A program made the translations under genes and the position numbers. The notes below the pieces were generated by a model. That model saw only the letters and a program-made list of their open reading frames with translations. It did no database searches and was not told the origin of the DNA. A DNA stretch of 62,522 nt, counting the filler, from Actinomycetota bacterium (lineage in GTDB: Bacteria > Actinomycetota > Acidimicrobiia > IMCC26256 > VFJJ01), in NCBI GenBank assembly GCA_009886115.1. It is 4 parts of 4 records of this genome, joined end to end, with 100 filler letters (N's around TTAATTAATTAA, not from the genome) between each part and the next. Parts side by side here need not be neighbours in the genome. Positions count along the whole stretch, not along the records: positions 15,805 to 37,696 come from VFJJ01000009.1; 3 more parts are not named here. One strand, given 5' to 3'. The stretch's first letter is position 1; every line of letters begins with the position of its first letter. This document shows, one piece after another, positions 19,843 through 29,529 of the stretch.

Positions 19843-20748
19843 GTGCCGAGCACCGTGTGGAGCGGCTCGATCAGCTTTGGGCTGGTGAGCGTGCCCATCA
19901 AGATGAACACGGCGACCGTCAACCGTGACGTGTCGTTCAACCAGATCGAGGCCGGGACGGCTTCACGGGTTCGGATGCGTCGGGTCTCGGAGGCCACGGG
20001 TGACGAGGTCGCAAGCGACCAGATCGTCAAGGGGTACGAGATCACCAAGGGCCACTACGTGATCATCGAGCCCGCCGAGCTCAGCGCCATCAGGCCCACG
20101 TCGACCGAGACCATCGAGATCGAGGAGTTCGTCGACCTCGACGCCATCGATCCCATCTACTTCGAGCAGCCCTACTACCTGGTGCCCGACAAGCAAGGCG
20201 CCAAGGCCTATCGCCTCCTCGTGGCCGCGATGGAGGGCCTTCGAAAGGCTGCGCTGGGCCGCGTCGTCATCCGCAACAAGGAGAGCCTGGTCGCCATCCG
20301 GGTCGTCGAGGGGGCGCTGGTCGTGCAGATGATGCGCTATGCCGACGAGGTCATCCCGGTCTCGGAGCTGAGCGGCATCCCCGGCGACGAGATTCCCGTG
20401 TCGGACAAGGAGTTGGCGATGGCCCGTCAGCTCGTCGACGCGCTCTCGGCGGAGTTCGAGCCCGAGAAGTACCACAACGAATACCGGGAGCAGGTGCTGG
20501 CCCTGATCGATCAGAAGGCTGCGGGCATGGAGATCGTGGCACCACCGCTGGCGAGCCCGGCGGCCAAGGTGCTCGACCTCATGGCCGCGCTCGAAGCCAG
20601 CATCGCCGGCGTCGGCGCACGGCCGCTGCCCGCCGGGGAGACGAGCACCGACACCGGCGCCGCGGCCGCGGCCACGCCCGCCGAGACCGACACCGGCGCC
20701 GCGGCCACGCCCGCCGAGACCGACCAGGCGCACCAGCGCAGCGCCTGA
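19843..20748 (+). CDS. ku: NHEJ Ku protein
   Basis: WSGSISFGLVSVPI, IVKGYE, IDPIYFEQPYYL, DLMAALEAS; GGAGG RBS. Confidence 0.96.
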   Translation: MPSTVWSGSISFGLVSVPIKMNTATVNRDVSFNQIEAGTASRVRMRRVSEATGDEVASDQIVKGYEITKGHYVIIEPAELSAIRPTSTETIEIEEFVDLDAIDPIYFEQPYYLVPDKQGAKAYRLLVAAMEGLRKAALGRVVIRNKESLVAIRVVEGALVVQMMRYADEVIPVSELSGIPGDEIPVSDKELAMARQLVDALSAEFEPEKYHNEYREQVLALIDQKAAGMEIVAPPLASPAAKVLDLMAALEASIAGVGARPLPAGETSTDTGAAAAATPAETDTGAAATPAETDQAHQRSA

Positions 20749-20782
20749 CGGCCGGACGATCGGGCGACACGGAGGGTTGTCG

Positions 20783-21856
20783 ATGACCGGGGAGCGCGAT
20801 CCCGCCGAGACACTCGAGCGCATCGGGTACCTGCTCGAGCGCACCGGGGCGCCCACGTTCAAGGCGGCGGCGTTCCGCAAGGCCGCGGCGACCGTGCGGG
20901 CCATCGACCCCGTCCTGTTGCGGCGGGCCGCCGAGGCCGGGTTGCTCGAGAACGTGCCCGGTCTCGGGGCCAGCACGGCCGGCGTCGTGGTCGACGTGCT
21001 CGCTGGACGGGCACCGGAGTACCTCGTCCGGCTGGAGGCATCGACGCCGGCCGACCTCGAGAACGACTCGGGGGCCAACGCCATGTTCCCCATCCCCGAC
21101 CTCACCGGCGACGCCCTGGCACTCCGGGGGGCGCTCCGGGGCGACTGTCACCTCCACACCGACTGGTCCGACGGGGGCGACAACCTGGAGGCCATGGCCG
21201 GGGCTGCAGCGGCGCTCGGTCACGAGTACCTCGTGGTCACCGACCATTCTCCCCGCCTGCGTGTGGCCCACGGCCTGAGCGAGGAGCGGCTCCGTCACCA
21301 ACGAGCGGCGGTCGACCGGTTGAACGAGACCCTGGCCCCCTTCCGCGTGCTCACCGGGGTGGAGGTCGACATCCTCGCCGACGGCCGACTCGACCACGAC
21401 GACGAGACGCTGGCCTCGTGTGACATCGTCGTGGCCAGCGTGCACTCCCGGCTCGCCGAAGATCCCGAGGCCATGACCCGCCGGATGGTGGCCGCCGTGT
21501 CGCACCCCCACGTCGACATACTCGGCCACTGCACCGGACGCCTCATCGCAGGCCGTCAGCGCGCCGAGTCACGCTTCGATGCCGGCGCGGTCTTCGACGC
21601 TGCCGCGGCCCACGGCACCGCGATCGAGATCAACTGCCGGCCCGAGCGGCTCGACCCGCCCCGCCGCCTGCTCCAGAGGGCACTCGACGCCGGATGCCAG
21701 TTCGCCATCGACTCCGACGCCCACTCCGTGGCTCAGTTGGCGTGGCAGCCCTTCGGATGCGCGCGGGCCGCCGAGCTGGGCCTCACCGCCGAGCGCGTCG
21801 TCAACACGCTCCCGGTCGACGAGCTGCTGCGCTGGACGAACGCGCCTCCTCGGTAG
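20783..21856 (+). CDS. HhH + PHP domain protein (PolX-derived, lacking the polymerase palm)
   Basis: N-terminal AFRKAA..VPGLG; DCHLHTDWSDG, TDHS, GVEVDI, SVH, GHCTGR, EINC, IDSDAH. Confidence 0.88.
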   Translation: MTGERDPAETLERIGYLLERTGAPTFKAAAFRKAAATVRAIDPVLLRRAAEAGLLENVPGLGASTAGVVVDVLAGRAPEYLVRLEASTPADLENDSGANAMFPIPDLTGDALALRGALRGDCHLHTDWSDGGDNLEAMAGAAAALGHEYLVVTDHSPRLRVAHGLSEERLRHQRAAVDRLNETLAPFRVLTGVEVDILADGRLDHDDETLASCDIVVASVHSRLAEDPEAMTRRMVAAVSHPHVDILGHCTGRLIAGRQRAESRFDAGAVFDAAAAHGTAIEINCRPERLDPPRRLLQRALDAGCQFAIDSDAHSVAQLAWQPFGCARAAELGLTAERVVNTLPVDELLRWTNAPPR

Positions 21857-21859
21857 GCC

Positions 21860-22663
21860 TCAGCCGTCGAGACGGGTCCGCCGCCGACCGGCCCAGTTCA
21901 GCGCGATCATGCCCGCGCCGATAGCGACGACCGAGATGGCAACGAGCGGACCGGTGTCGGAGCCCGTGAACGCGATCCGGCCGGAATCGCCGGGGACCGG
22001 GTTCCCGCCTCCGCCTCCCCCACCGGGGCCGGGACCGCTGACCGGAGGCAGGGTGGGGGCGGTCGTCGAGCTGACCTGCGGGACCGTGGCCGAGGTGGTC
22101 GGCGGCGTCGTGGCCGTCGTCGTCGCGGCCGGAACGGTCGTGGTCGTTGTCGGCGCGGTCGTGGTGGTGGTCGTCGCTACCGTGGTGGTCGTGGTGGCAG
22201 CGGTCGTGGTGGTCGTGGCGACGGTCGTGGTTGTGGTCGGGATGCAGTTCGGCGGCAGCACCACGTCGGCCGTACGCGTCAGGCCCGGGAACGTCGTCTC
22301 CGGATAGGTACCGATCACGGTGAGCCGGACCGTGCCGGTCATCGTGCCGGACAGCGTGGTGGTGCCGGTGATCAGGTTGGCGATCCCGGGCGGGAGCGAC
22401 GTGCCGTTGCCGAAGCCGACGACCGTCCCCACGACGGTGGCGCCCTGGGTGACGGTGACGCCCTGGAGCTCCATAACGTCGGGCGTGCCGGCCGAGTTGT
22501 TCCACACCGACCAGGTGATGACGTGCTCGCCGTTGGTGCACACGACCGTGCCGGAGACCACCGGGAAGTGCGCGAACGCCGTTCCCACCGTGGCTGCGAG
22601 CACGCCCACGATCACAACCAGCATCACCAGTGCCCGTCGCCCCAACCTCACGCCGATCTTCAT
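21860..22663 (-). CDS. secreted Thr-rich surface protein with sortase-like anchor
   Basis: Signal peptide ending AFA-H, poly-Thr linker, C-terminal IAFTG + TM helix + RRRTR. Confidence 0.75.
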   Translation of the reverse strand: MKIGVRLGRRALVMLVVIVGVLAATVGTAFAHFPVVSGTVVCTNGEHVITWSVWNNSAGTPDVMELQGVTVTQGATVVGTVVGFGNGTSLPPGIANLITGTTTLSGTMTGTVRLTVIGTYPETTFPGLTRTADVVLPPNCIPTTTTTVATTTTTAATTTTTVATTTTTTAPTTTTTVPAATTTATTPPTTSATVPQVSSTTAPTLPPVSGPGPGGGGGGGNPVPGDSGRIAFTGSDTGPLVAISVVAIGAGMIALNWAGRRRTRLDG

Positions 22664-22820
22664 CAGTCCCCCACGCGGTAGCCCTGGACGTACCCTGGGC
22701 CAATCCCAGGTCTGCGTTGCTGGCGAACCCCCAAGCCGGCCGGCAGTCGACGAGGGGCGAATGCGCCGTTCGAGCATGCTACGGCACGACCGGAACGAAC
22801 GCCCGGAATCAAACGACCGG

Positions 22821-23912
22821 TCATCGCACGACGTCGACCTGGGTCCCGATCGGCACGAAGTTCACCCAGGTCTGACCCCGGCTCAGGGCGATGTCGACGC
22901 CGAAGGCCGTGACGAAGCGGGTCGGCTGGTCGGGAGCGGGCTTGATCCAGCGGCCCGTGATCATCTGGCCGTCGACGAAGACCACGGCGTCGCCTTCGCC
23001 CGTCTCGACACCACGACGCGGGTTGATGTACTGGATGATCACGTTCTCGAAAGCGATCTGAGCGTCGCCGATGGTGACGTGCGGGGTGTTGTTGAGCGCT
23101 CGGAGCCACGTCTTGGTCCGAGCGTCCCAGAGCCACTGCGAGAACGAGTCCAGGTTGTGGATCCCGATCCCGCTGACGGCGTCGCCGTCGAACGTGGAGC
23201 CCGGGTCGAGGAAGCTGAACAACGGCTGCGGGGGTGTGTTGTCGACCGCCTGGGTCCACAGCTCGCCGGAGTTCGCGAAGAGGTTGTTCGTTCCCGGCCG
23301 ATTCCGATCGCGGAAGTACCCCGGGGTGCCCTGGGTGAAGAGAACCTGTGACGCCTCGCGGGCGGTTCGGACGAACCCGGCGACACCACCCGAGATGGCG
23401 AACAGGGCGTGCAATGGCCGCACGGTGTTGGCATCGATACCCCGGGCCGATCGGATGGGCCCCACGAGCACGGGGTCGATCGAGTGATAGACGGCCAGGA
23501 ATCGGGTGATGCCCTCGACAGGCTCCTCGAACACCACGTCGGCGACATCGAGGCCGGCCTGGGGACGGGCCTGGGGCGCATTGTCGGTCTTGACGACCAG
23601 CGCCGGCCGGGTGAACAGCGGATCGTCCTCGTCGACGGGCAGCCCGGTGAGCGGAGCGATCGTCCCCTCCTCGATGGCCAGTGCGATACCAGCCGCTTCG
23701 AGCGACTCGGGATCGGCCGCGGTCGAGGACGTGGGCCCGGAACCCCCGCTGGTCGAGCTCGTCGAGGCGGCTGCGGCGCCCGCGGCGGTCGACGAGGAGC
23801 CTCCGGCGTCGACACCGCTGCTGTCAGTGTCCGGACTGGCGTCGCCGCCGCCGCTGCATGCAGCGACGGCGAGGGATGCGGCAACGAGCACGATGGCGAG
23901 CGGGCGTTTCAA
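22821..23912 (-). CDS. DUF3048 domain lipoprotein
   Basis: AGGAG then TTG start MKRPLAIVLVAASLAVAAC lipobox; APLTGLP, VVKTDN, ARPQAGL, GITRF, GPIRSAR. Confidence 0.88.
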   Translation of the reverse strand: MKRPLAIVLVAASLAVAACSGGGDASPDTDSSGVDAGGSSSTAAGAAAASTSSTSGGSGPTSSTAADPESLEAAGIALAIEEGTIAPLTGLPVDEDDPLFTRPALVVKTDNAPQARPQAGLDVADVVFEEPVEGITRFLAVYHSIDPVLVGPIRSARGIDANTVRPLHALFAISGGVAGFVRTAREASQVLFTQGTPGYFRDRNRPGTNNLFANSGELWTQAVDNTPPQPLFSFLDPGSTFDGDAVSGIGIHNLDSFSQWLWDARTKTWLRALNNTPHVTIGDAQIAFENVIIQYINPRRGVETGEGDAVVFVDGQMITGRWIKPAPDQPTRFVTAFGVDIALSRGQTWVNFVPIGTQVDVVR

Positions 23913-24238
23913 GCGGGTGGCTCCTGTGCGTCCGGTCGACACGTCTGGGGATTGGGCAACGAGCGCGCCACGGTCGGTGGCATGGATGGATTCCGGTCTC
24001 CGAAGGCTGATCGACCCGTGGTCTCGAGGTGTCGACACAAGAGGCCACAGGTCGTTCTCGCCAGTGCGTGGCTCGATCGGACCACGGCCATCGTAGTGCC
24101 CCCCTGAGCGCCCCCGGGGGTCGCGGCGCTCCGGCAGCGATCCGCCGAGCGGCACGGGTGCGGGCGCGGTCCTTAGAGTGCGACCTGTTCTTGGAGCCGG
24201 ATCGCCGTGATCTCGGCCGTATCGGGAAGGATCCTCCC

Positions 24239-25471
24239 ATGACCGCCCCGCGCCTACCGCTCGCCGGAGTTCGAGTCGTCGAGAGTTCGCTGCTCGGTCC
24301 TGGTGGGCTCACCACGCACTTGGCCGACATGGGCGCCGAGGTGATCAAGGTCGAGAGCCCGGCCGGCGACTACATCCGTGAGATGACCTGGCCCATCATC
24401 GAGGGCAACTCCCTGCTGCACCTGCACATCAACCGGGGCAAGAAGTCGATCGTGCTCGACCTCACCAAGCCCGAGGGCGTCGCGACCTACAAGGAGCTCG
24501 TCCGCAGCGCCGACGCCGTCGTCGAGGCCATGCGCCCCGGCGTGCTGGCCCGGCGGGGCCTGGGCTACGACGACCTGTAGCAGATCAACCCCCGCATCGT
24601 GTTCTGCACGATCTCGGGCTATGGCGCCACCGGGCCCTACAAGGACATGCCCTCCCACGGGATCGTCTACGACACCTGGGCCGGTCTCGTGCCCCCGGCC
24701 TACGACGAGGACGGCTTCTGCTACCTCCCCGAGCACCCGTCGGTCGGCATCTGGGCCGGGCCTGCGTTCGGCGCCATGGGTGTGCTGGCCGGGATCATCC
24801 AGGCGCGGGCCACGGGCGAGGGCTGCTTCATGGAGATCGCCCAATCCGACGCCGCGGCGTACTTCGACTGGTACCGGTCAGAGACGTGGAAGGCCTATGA
24901 GCGCCCGCAGTCGGAGGTCACCGGTAACAAGACCGACGACTACGAGCGCCGGGCGCCGGGAACGGCCGGCATGAAGGAAGGCGTCCGCTACCAGATGTAC
25001 GAGTCGTCCGACGGCCACGTGCTGTTCATGGCATCGGAGCAGGCGTTCTGGAAGAACTTCTGCGAGGGCATCGACCGGATGGACCTGTTCGAGAAGTGGC
25101 CGGGCAAGAAGTTCGCCGACCACGCCCGCGGCAACCGCGAGCTGCACGTGATCCTGCGCGACATCTTCAAGTCCCGCAGCAGCGCCGAGTGGCTCGAGTT
25201 CGGCAACCGGGTCAACACGCCGATCGGTCCCGTCAACACGCCCAAGACAATCGCCGACGATCCCCAGTTCCAGCACCGCCTGCCGTGGTACTCGCGTGAG
25301 CACCTGGGAGCCGAGGAGCTGCCGCTGCCGTTGAAGATCGTGGGTCAGGAGTGGCCGGAGCCGACGCGGGCGCCGACCGTCGGCCAGCACACCGATGCCG
25401 TGCTGCGATCGGTGCTGGGCTTCGATGACGCCCGTCTGGCCGAGCTGCGGGCCACCGGAGCGCTGGGCTGA
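24239..25471 (+). pseudogene. CaiB/BaiF CoA-transferase interrupted by in-frame TAG at 24578-24580
   Basis: PLAGVRVVE..LADMGAEVIKVE..NRGKKS..GLGYDDL*QINPRIVFCTISGYGATGP..APTVGQHT in one frame. Confidence 0.85.
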
Positions 25472-25502
25472 GCACGGTGCGCGCCAGCCCGGGGGGGTGT
25501 GC

Positions 25503-26717
25503 GTGAAGCTCTCGTGGGAGCCGCAGACGATCGCGTTCCGCGACGAGCTGTGCGAGTGGCTCGACGCGCACGCTCCCACCCGGGCCGAGATGCAGGCCGA
25601 GCCGGCGCTGTCGTCGGCGCACTATCCGTCGTGGGCCCGCCCGTGGCAGAACCGCCTCTTCGACGCCGGTCTGCTCATCCCTGGCCTCGGTCCCGAGCAC
25701 GGCGGCCGCCACCTCGGAGCGGTCGAGCAGCTCGTCTACTTCGAGGAGCTGATCAGCCGGAGCCTGCCGCGCTCGACGAACTGGCAGGGCATCTCGATCA
25801 TCATCCCGTCGATGCTCGAGCACGGCACGCCCGAGCAGATCGCCAGCTTCGCCATGCCGTCGCTGCACGCCGAGCGGTCGTGGTGCCTCGGGATGAGCGA
25901 GCCGAACGCGGGAAGCGACCTGGCCGGGCTGAAGACCCGGGCCGAGCAGCACGGTGACGTCTTCGTGGTGAACGGGCAGAAGATCTGGACCTCGGGCGCC
26001 CAGGATGCCGACATGTGCATGTTGTTCTGCCGCACCGACACGACCGTCGCCAAGCACAAGGGCATCAGCGTGTTGCTCGTCGACATGCGCGCGCCCGGCA
26101 TCGAGATACGGCCGATCAAGGAGCTGCTCGGCCCGGGACCAGGCGAGTACCAGGACCTCAACGAGGTGTTCTTCACCGACGTCGAGGTTCCGGCGGCAAA
26201 CCTGCTGGGGCCACGCAACGGGGGATGGGCGCTCACCCAGGCGTCACTGGCGCACGAGCGGGCGATGTTGTGGATCCAGAGCTCGTTCTTCGTGAACGAC
26301 GCGGTGACGACGCTCGTCGAGTTGGGGGCGCGCGGCTCCGAGCTCGACGGGGCTCGTCTCGGCGACGATCCGCGATTTCGCGATGTCGCCGCTTCGCGGG
26401 CGATCGACGCCTTCGCCATCCGCTGCATGGGGTACCGGGGTTTCGCCAAGTTCATGGCCGGCAAGGCCACACCCGAGCACTCGATCCTCAAGCTCTTCTC
26501 GAGCGAGGCGATGCAACAGACACTGCTGGCCGGGATGGAAGCCGTCGGGGCGCAGGCCGTCGACACCGACCCCATCGGCGGGCCCACGATGCGCTGGATC
26601 ACCCGAAGCTGGGGCGGCGCCTACCTCGGATCGTTCGGCGGAACCATTCCCGGGGGCACCAGCGAGATCCAACGCAACATCATCGCCGAACGAGTGCTTG
26701 GCCTCCCCCGCCGATGA
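25503..26717 (+). CDS. acyl-CoA dehydrogenase
   Basis: WCLGMSEPNAGSDL, GQKIWTS, NEVFF, GGTSEIQRNIIAERVLGLPR. Confidence 0.93.
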   Translation: MKLSWEPQTIAFRDELCEWLDAHAPTRAEMQAEPALSSAHYPSWARPWQNRLFDAGLLIPGLGPEHGGRHLGAVEQLVYFEELISRSLPRSTNWQGISIIIPSMLEHGTPEQIASFAMPSLHAERSWCLGMSEPNAGSDLAGLKTRAEQHGDVFVVNGQKIWTSGAQDADMCMLFCRTDTTVAKHKGISVLLVDMRAPGIEIRPIKELLGPGPGEYQDLNEVFFTDVEVPAANLLGPRNGGWALTQASLAHERAMLWIQSSFFVNDAVTTLVELGARGSELDGARLGDDPRFRDVAASRAIDAFAIRCMGYRGFAKFMAGKATPEHSILKLFSSEAMQQTLLAGMEAVGAQAVDTDPIGGPTMRWITRSWGGAYLGSFGGTIPGGTSEIQRNIIAERVLGLPRR

Positions 26718-26759
26718 AGCCGCCGGCGCCGGCGAGCGCAGGCGCTCTACCACCCATCT

Positions 26760-26810
26760 GAGCAAGAGTGAGTTGTACCCCGCATACCCCGGACAACTCA
26801 CCCTTGGTCG
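26760..26810. repeat. palindromic intergenic element, family B (copy 1)
   Basis: gagcaagagtgagttgt-N16-acaactcacccttggtc. Confidence 0.8.
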
Positions 26811-26844
26811 GGTTGTCGATGTCGCCGAAGCGCCGGGAGGACCC

Positions 26845-27720
26845 GTGAAGACCGCCGCAGCCGAGCTCGTCCACCTCGATGTCGATGACGGCATCGAGAC
26901 CATCGCCGAAGTGCTCGACGAGCACGGGGCGGTGATCGTCGAGCGGATGATCGACGGGGCGACGATCAACCAGATCACCGCCGAGGTCGACGCCCACATC
27001 GCGGCTGCCGATCCGGCCATGAAGCACCTGAACCCGGCGATCCAGGCGTTCTTCGGCGACAAGACGCGCCACGTCTCGTCGCTCGCCGCCAAGTCGCCGA
27101 CGTTCGCCGACGGGCTGCTCGTGCATCCCGTCCTCATGGGGCTCTGCGACCGGGTGCTGCTACCCGCCTGCGCCAACTACCAGCTGAACCTGGCGCACCT
27201 CATCCATCTGGGCCCGGGGGCTCAGGCGCAGGTGCTGCACCGCGACGAGGACGTGTGGATCCACGTCCCCCGGCCCCGCCCCGAGCTGGAGATCGCGTCG
27301 ATCACCGCGCTCGTCGACTTCGAAGCCGAGATCGGCGCCACCCGCGTCGTGCCCGGCAGCCACCGCTGGCCCCGAGGCCGCCAGCCCGAACCCCACGAGA
27401 TCACCCAAGCCGTCATGCCCGCCGGATCATCGGTGATCTACCTCGGCACCACCATCCACGGCGCCGGCACCAACTCCACGAGCAGCGCCACCGCCCGGCC
27501 GCGTCCCGGCGTGCACGTGAGCTACACGCTCGGCTGGCTCCGCACCGAAGAGAACAACTACCTCGGCACGCCACCAGCCGTCGCCCGCGGCCTGTCGAGA
27601 CGAGCCCAGGAGATCCTCGGCTACGGCGTGCATGACGCCATCGCCGACCACGGCGGCTACCTCGGCATGGTCGAGCTCCGCGACCCGCTCGACCTGTTGT
27701 CGGAAGGCCGCCTCGGCTGA
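26845..27720 (+). CDS. phytanoyl-CoA dioxygenase (PhyH) family Fe/2OG enzyme
   Basis: QVLHRDE (HxD), GATRVVPGSH, HGAG, WLRTEEN. Confidence 0.9.
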   Translation: MKTAAAELVHLDVDDGIETIAEVLDEHGAVIVERMIDGATINQITAEVDAHIAAADPAMKHLNPAIQAFFGDKTRHVSSLAAKSPTFADGLLVHPVLMGLCDRVLLPACANYQLNLAHLIHLGPGAQAQVLHRDEDVWIHVPRPRPELEIASITALVDFEAEIGATRVVPGSHRWPRGRQPEPHEITQAVMPAGSSVIYLGTTIHGAGTNSTSSATARPRPGVHVSYTLGWLRTEENNYLGTPPAVARGLSRRAQEILGYGVHDAIADHGGYLGMVELRDPLDLLSEGRLG

Positions 27721-27766
27721 AGATCGTCTCGGCAGGGTCGGCGAGGCTCGGCACACCACACCACAC

Positions 27767-27806
27767 CGCACCCGGCGCACCCGGCGCACCCGGCGCACCC
27801 GGCGCA
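27767..27806 (+). repeat. 9-bp tandem repeat (cgcacccgg)x4
   Basis: Directly visible; preceded by (cacac)n. Confidence 0.9.
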
Positions 27807-27824
27807 ACGGCTCAGGGGACTCGG

Positions 27825-28234
27825 GCCGTTTTGTGGTCGCTCGACCTCGAGACGGCGTTCGACGGCACCGGCAATCACCATCAGATCAGGGTCCGAGGTG
27901 ACGACGAGGTCCCGACGGCGCATGGCCCCCTCGACGACCCACGTGCCCATCAGGCGCTCCGACGTGGGCGCGTGCCGCTCCGAACGGGCAATGGCCTCGC
28001 GGGCCCAGTCGCCAGCCTTGGCGACCTCGGCTGCGCTGAACGCTCCGTGCATCCGCGCGAAAGGACGGTGTATCCCCGACTCGATGCCCGGCCCAGCGCC
28101 TCACGCCAGCACTTCGACGTGCCGATGCCGGCCTCGCCCTCGAGCACCAGACCAACGAGCCCGGAGCGGGCCGCGTCGAGCGTGGAGTCGATGGCCACGA
28201 GATCACGCTCGCAGCCGATGAGGACGCCGTCCAT
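27825..28234 (-). pseudogene. degenerate fragments: LuxR-type AAA ATPase N-terminus and PIN-domain C-terminus
   Basis: LIGCERDL..LVLEGEAGIGTS (decayed Walker A); in another frame VVEGAMRRRDLVVTSDPDL. Confidence 0.5.
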
Positions 28235-28377
28235 GGTGCGACCGTAGCGGCCATGCCGCGACCCCTGCTCGCCGGAATTGGACGAGCGCTCGGGGACCGT
28301 TCGATCCCAGGTGTCTCCCCCCACAACTCATTCCCGTTCGCCCCCATTGGTGGGGCCGGACCTCCCACCCCCCTCCT

Positions 28378-28464
28378 GAGCAGGGGTGAGAAGCACCCCG
28401 CAGGCCCCGGACAACTCACCCCTGGTCGGACGGTCTCCCTGGTCGGACGGTCTCCCTGGTCGGA
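28378..28464. repeat. palindromic element, family B (copy 2), with tandem tail
   Basis: gagcaggggtgag...ggacaactcacccctggtc followed by (ggacggtctccctggtc)x2. Confidence 0.75.
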
Positions 28465-28467
28465 CGA

Positions 28468-29355
28468 CTACGGGGCGACGGGGCGGTTGGTCCAGGTGCG
28501 GCCGGGGCGAGAGGTGGAGCGGAACCAGCCGCCATGGGCCCCGGTTCCGCCGTCGGTGGGGATGGTGTGGCCCGTCACGAAGGCCGACAGGTCGGACGCC
28601 AGGAAGAGCAGCACCCGGGCCTGGTCGGCAGCGACGCCCATCCGCCCGACCGGAACCCACATGGGCCACAGGTGCGCCTGATCCTCGGGGACCCACTTGG
28701 AGTACGGGACCTGGAGCGACTCGGTGACGTCGGGGCCGATCCCGTTGACCCGCACGCCGTGGCGGCCGACCTGGACGCCGAGGCATTTCGTGAAGTGCAC
28801 GACGGCGGCCTTGAACGCCCCGTACACCGCATCCGACGGATAGCCCCGGAGGCCCTCCACCGACGACACGTTGATGATCGAGCCCGAGCCCTGCTCGATC
28901 ATCGACGGCAGGAACGCGTGGGTGACGCTGAACACGTGGAGCAGGTTCACCTGATAGAGCGCGTCCCAGTGGGCCGGGGTGCTGTCGACGAAATCGCCCA
29001 GATGCCTGACCCAATGGCCGACGTTGTTCACCAGCACGTCGACCCGTCCGAGCTCGGCCAGCACCTGGTCGCGCAGGCGCAGCACCGCCTCGCCGTCGCG
29101 GACGTCGGTGACGATCGACGTGATCGCTCCTCCGTCGGCGCTGACGTGTTCGACCGTGGCTGCCGAGAGGGTCTCGTCGATGTCGGCGATGACCACGTGC
29201 GCGCCGTGGAGTGCGAACAGAGCAGCCGTCGACGCGCCGATGCCCCCTCCCCCGCCGGTGATGACCGCGATGCGGCCCTCCAACAACGGACCGGGACGCT
29301 CGAGGATCGACGGGTCGGGGTCGGGGTTGGGCGCGGGGTTGGGCGCGCTCGCCAT
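28468..29355 (-). CDS. SDR family oxidoreductase
   Basis: TGGGGGIG, LVNNVG, NVSS, YGAFK, DGG. Confidence 0.93.
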   Translation of the reverse strand: MASAPNPAPNPDPDPSILERPGPLLEGRIAVITGGGGGIGASTAALFALHGAHVVIADIDETLSAATVEHVSADGGAITSIVTDVRDGEAVLRLRDQVLAELGRVDVLVNNVGHWVRHLGDFVDSTPAHWDALYQVNLLHVFSVTHAFLPSMIEQGSGSIINVSSVEGLRGYPSDAVYGAFKAAVVHFTKCLGVQVGRHGVRVNGIGPDVTESLQVPYSKWVPEDQAHLWPMWVPVGRMGVAADQARVLLFLASDLSAFVTGHTIPTDGGTGAHGGWFRSTSRPGRTWTNRPVAP

Positions 29356-29374
29356 GCTGGTGCTCCTGATATCA

Positions 29375-29452
29375 GGGTCGGAGTGCGGACGGGCAGGAGG
29401 GTCGGAGTGCGGACGGGTCGGAGTGCGGACGGGCAGGGCGGGCAGGGCGGGG
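29375..29452 (+). repeat. intergenic direct repeats (gggtcggagtgcggac)x3
   Basis: Directly visible between the SDR and MFS genes. Confidence 0.8.
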
Positions 29453-29529
29453 TCGGCCATCTCGAGCGTCTGTGAGGAGAGGGTGGTACAGGGGCCCCAC
29501 AACTCGCAGGTGCTCGGTGGTCGCGCAGC

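Noticed and set aside
24578..24580. TAG recoding or pyrrolysine
   Set aside because: TAG ends several intact genes here (PHP, SDR, cheW, ECH at 39768), and no pyl genes are in the window
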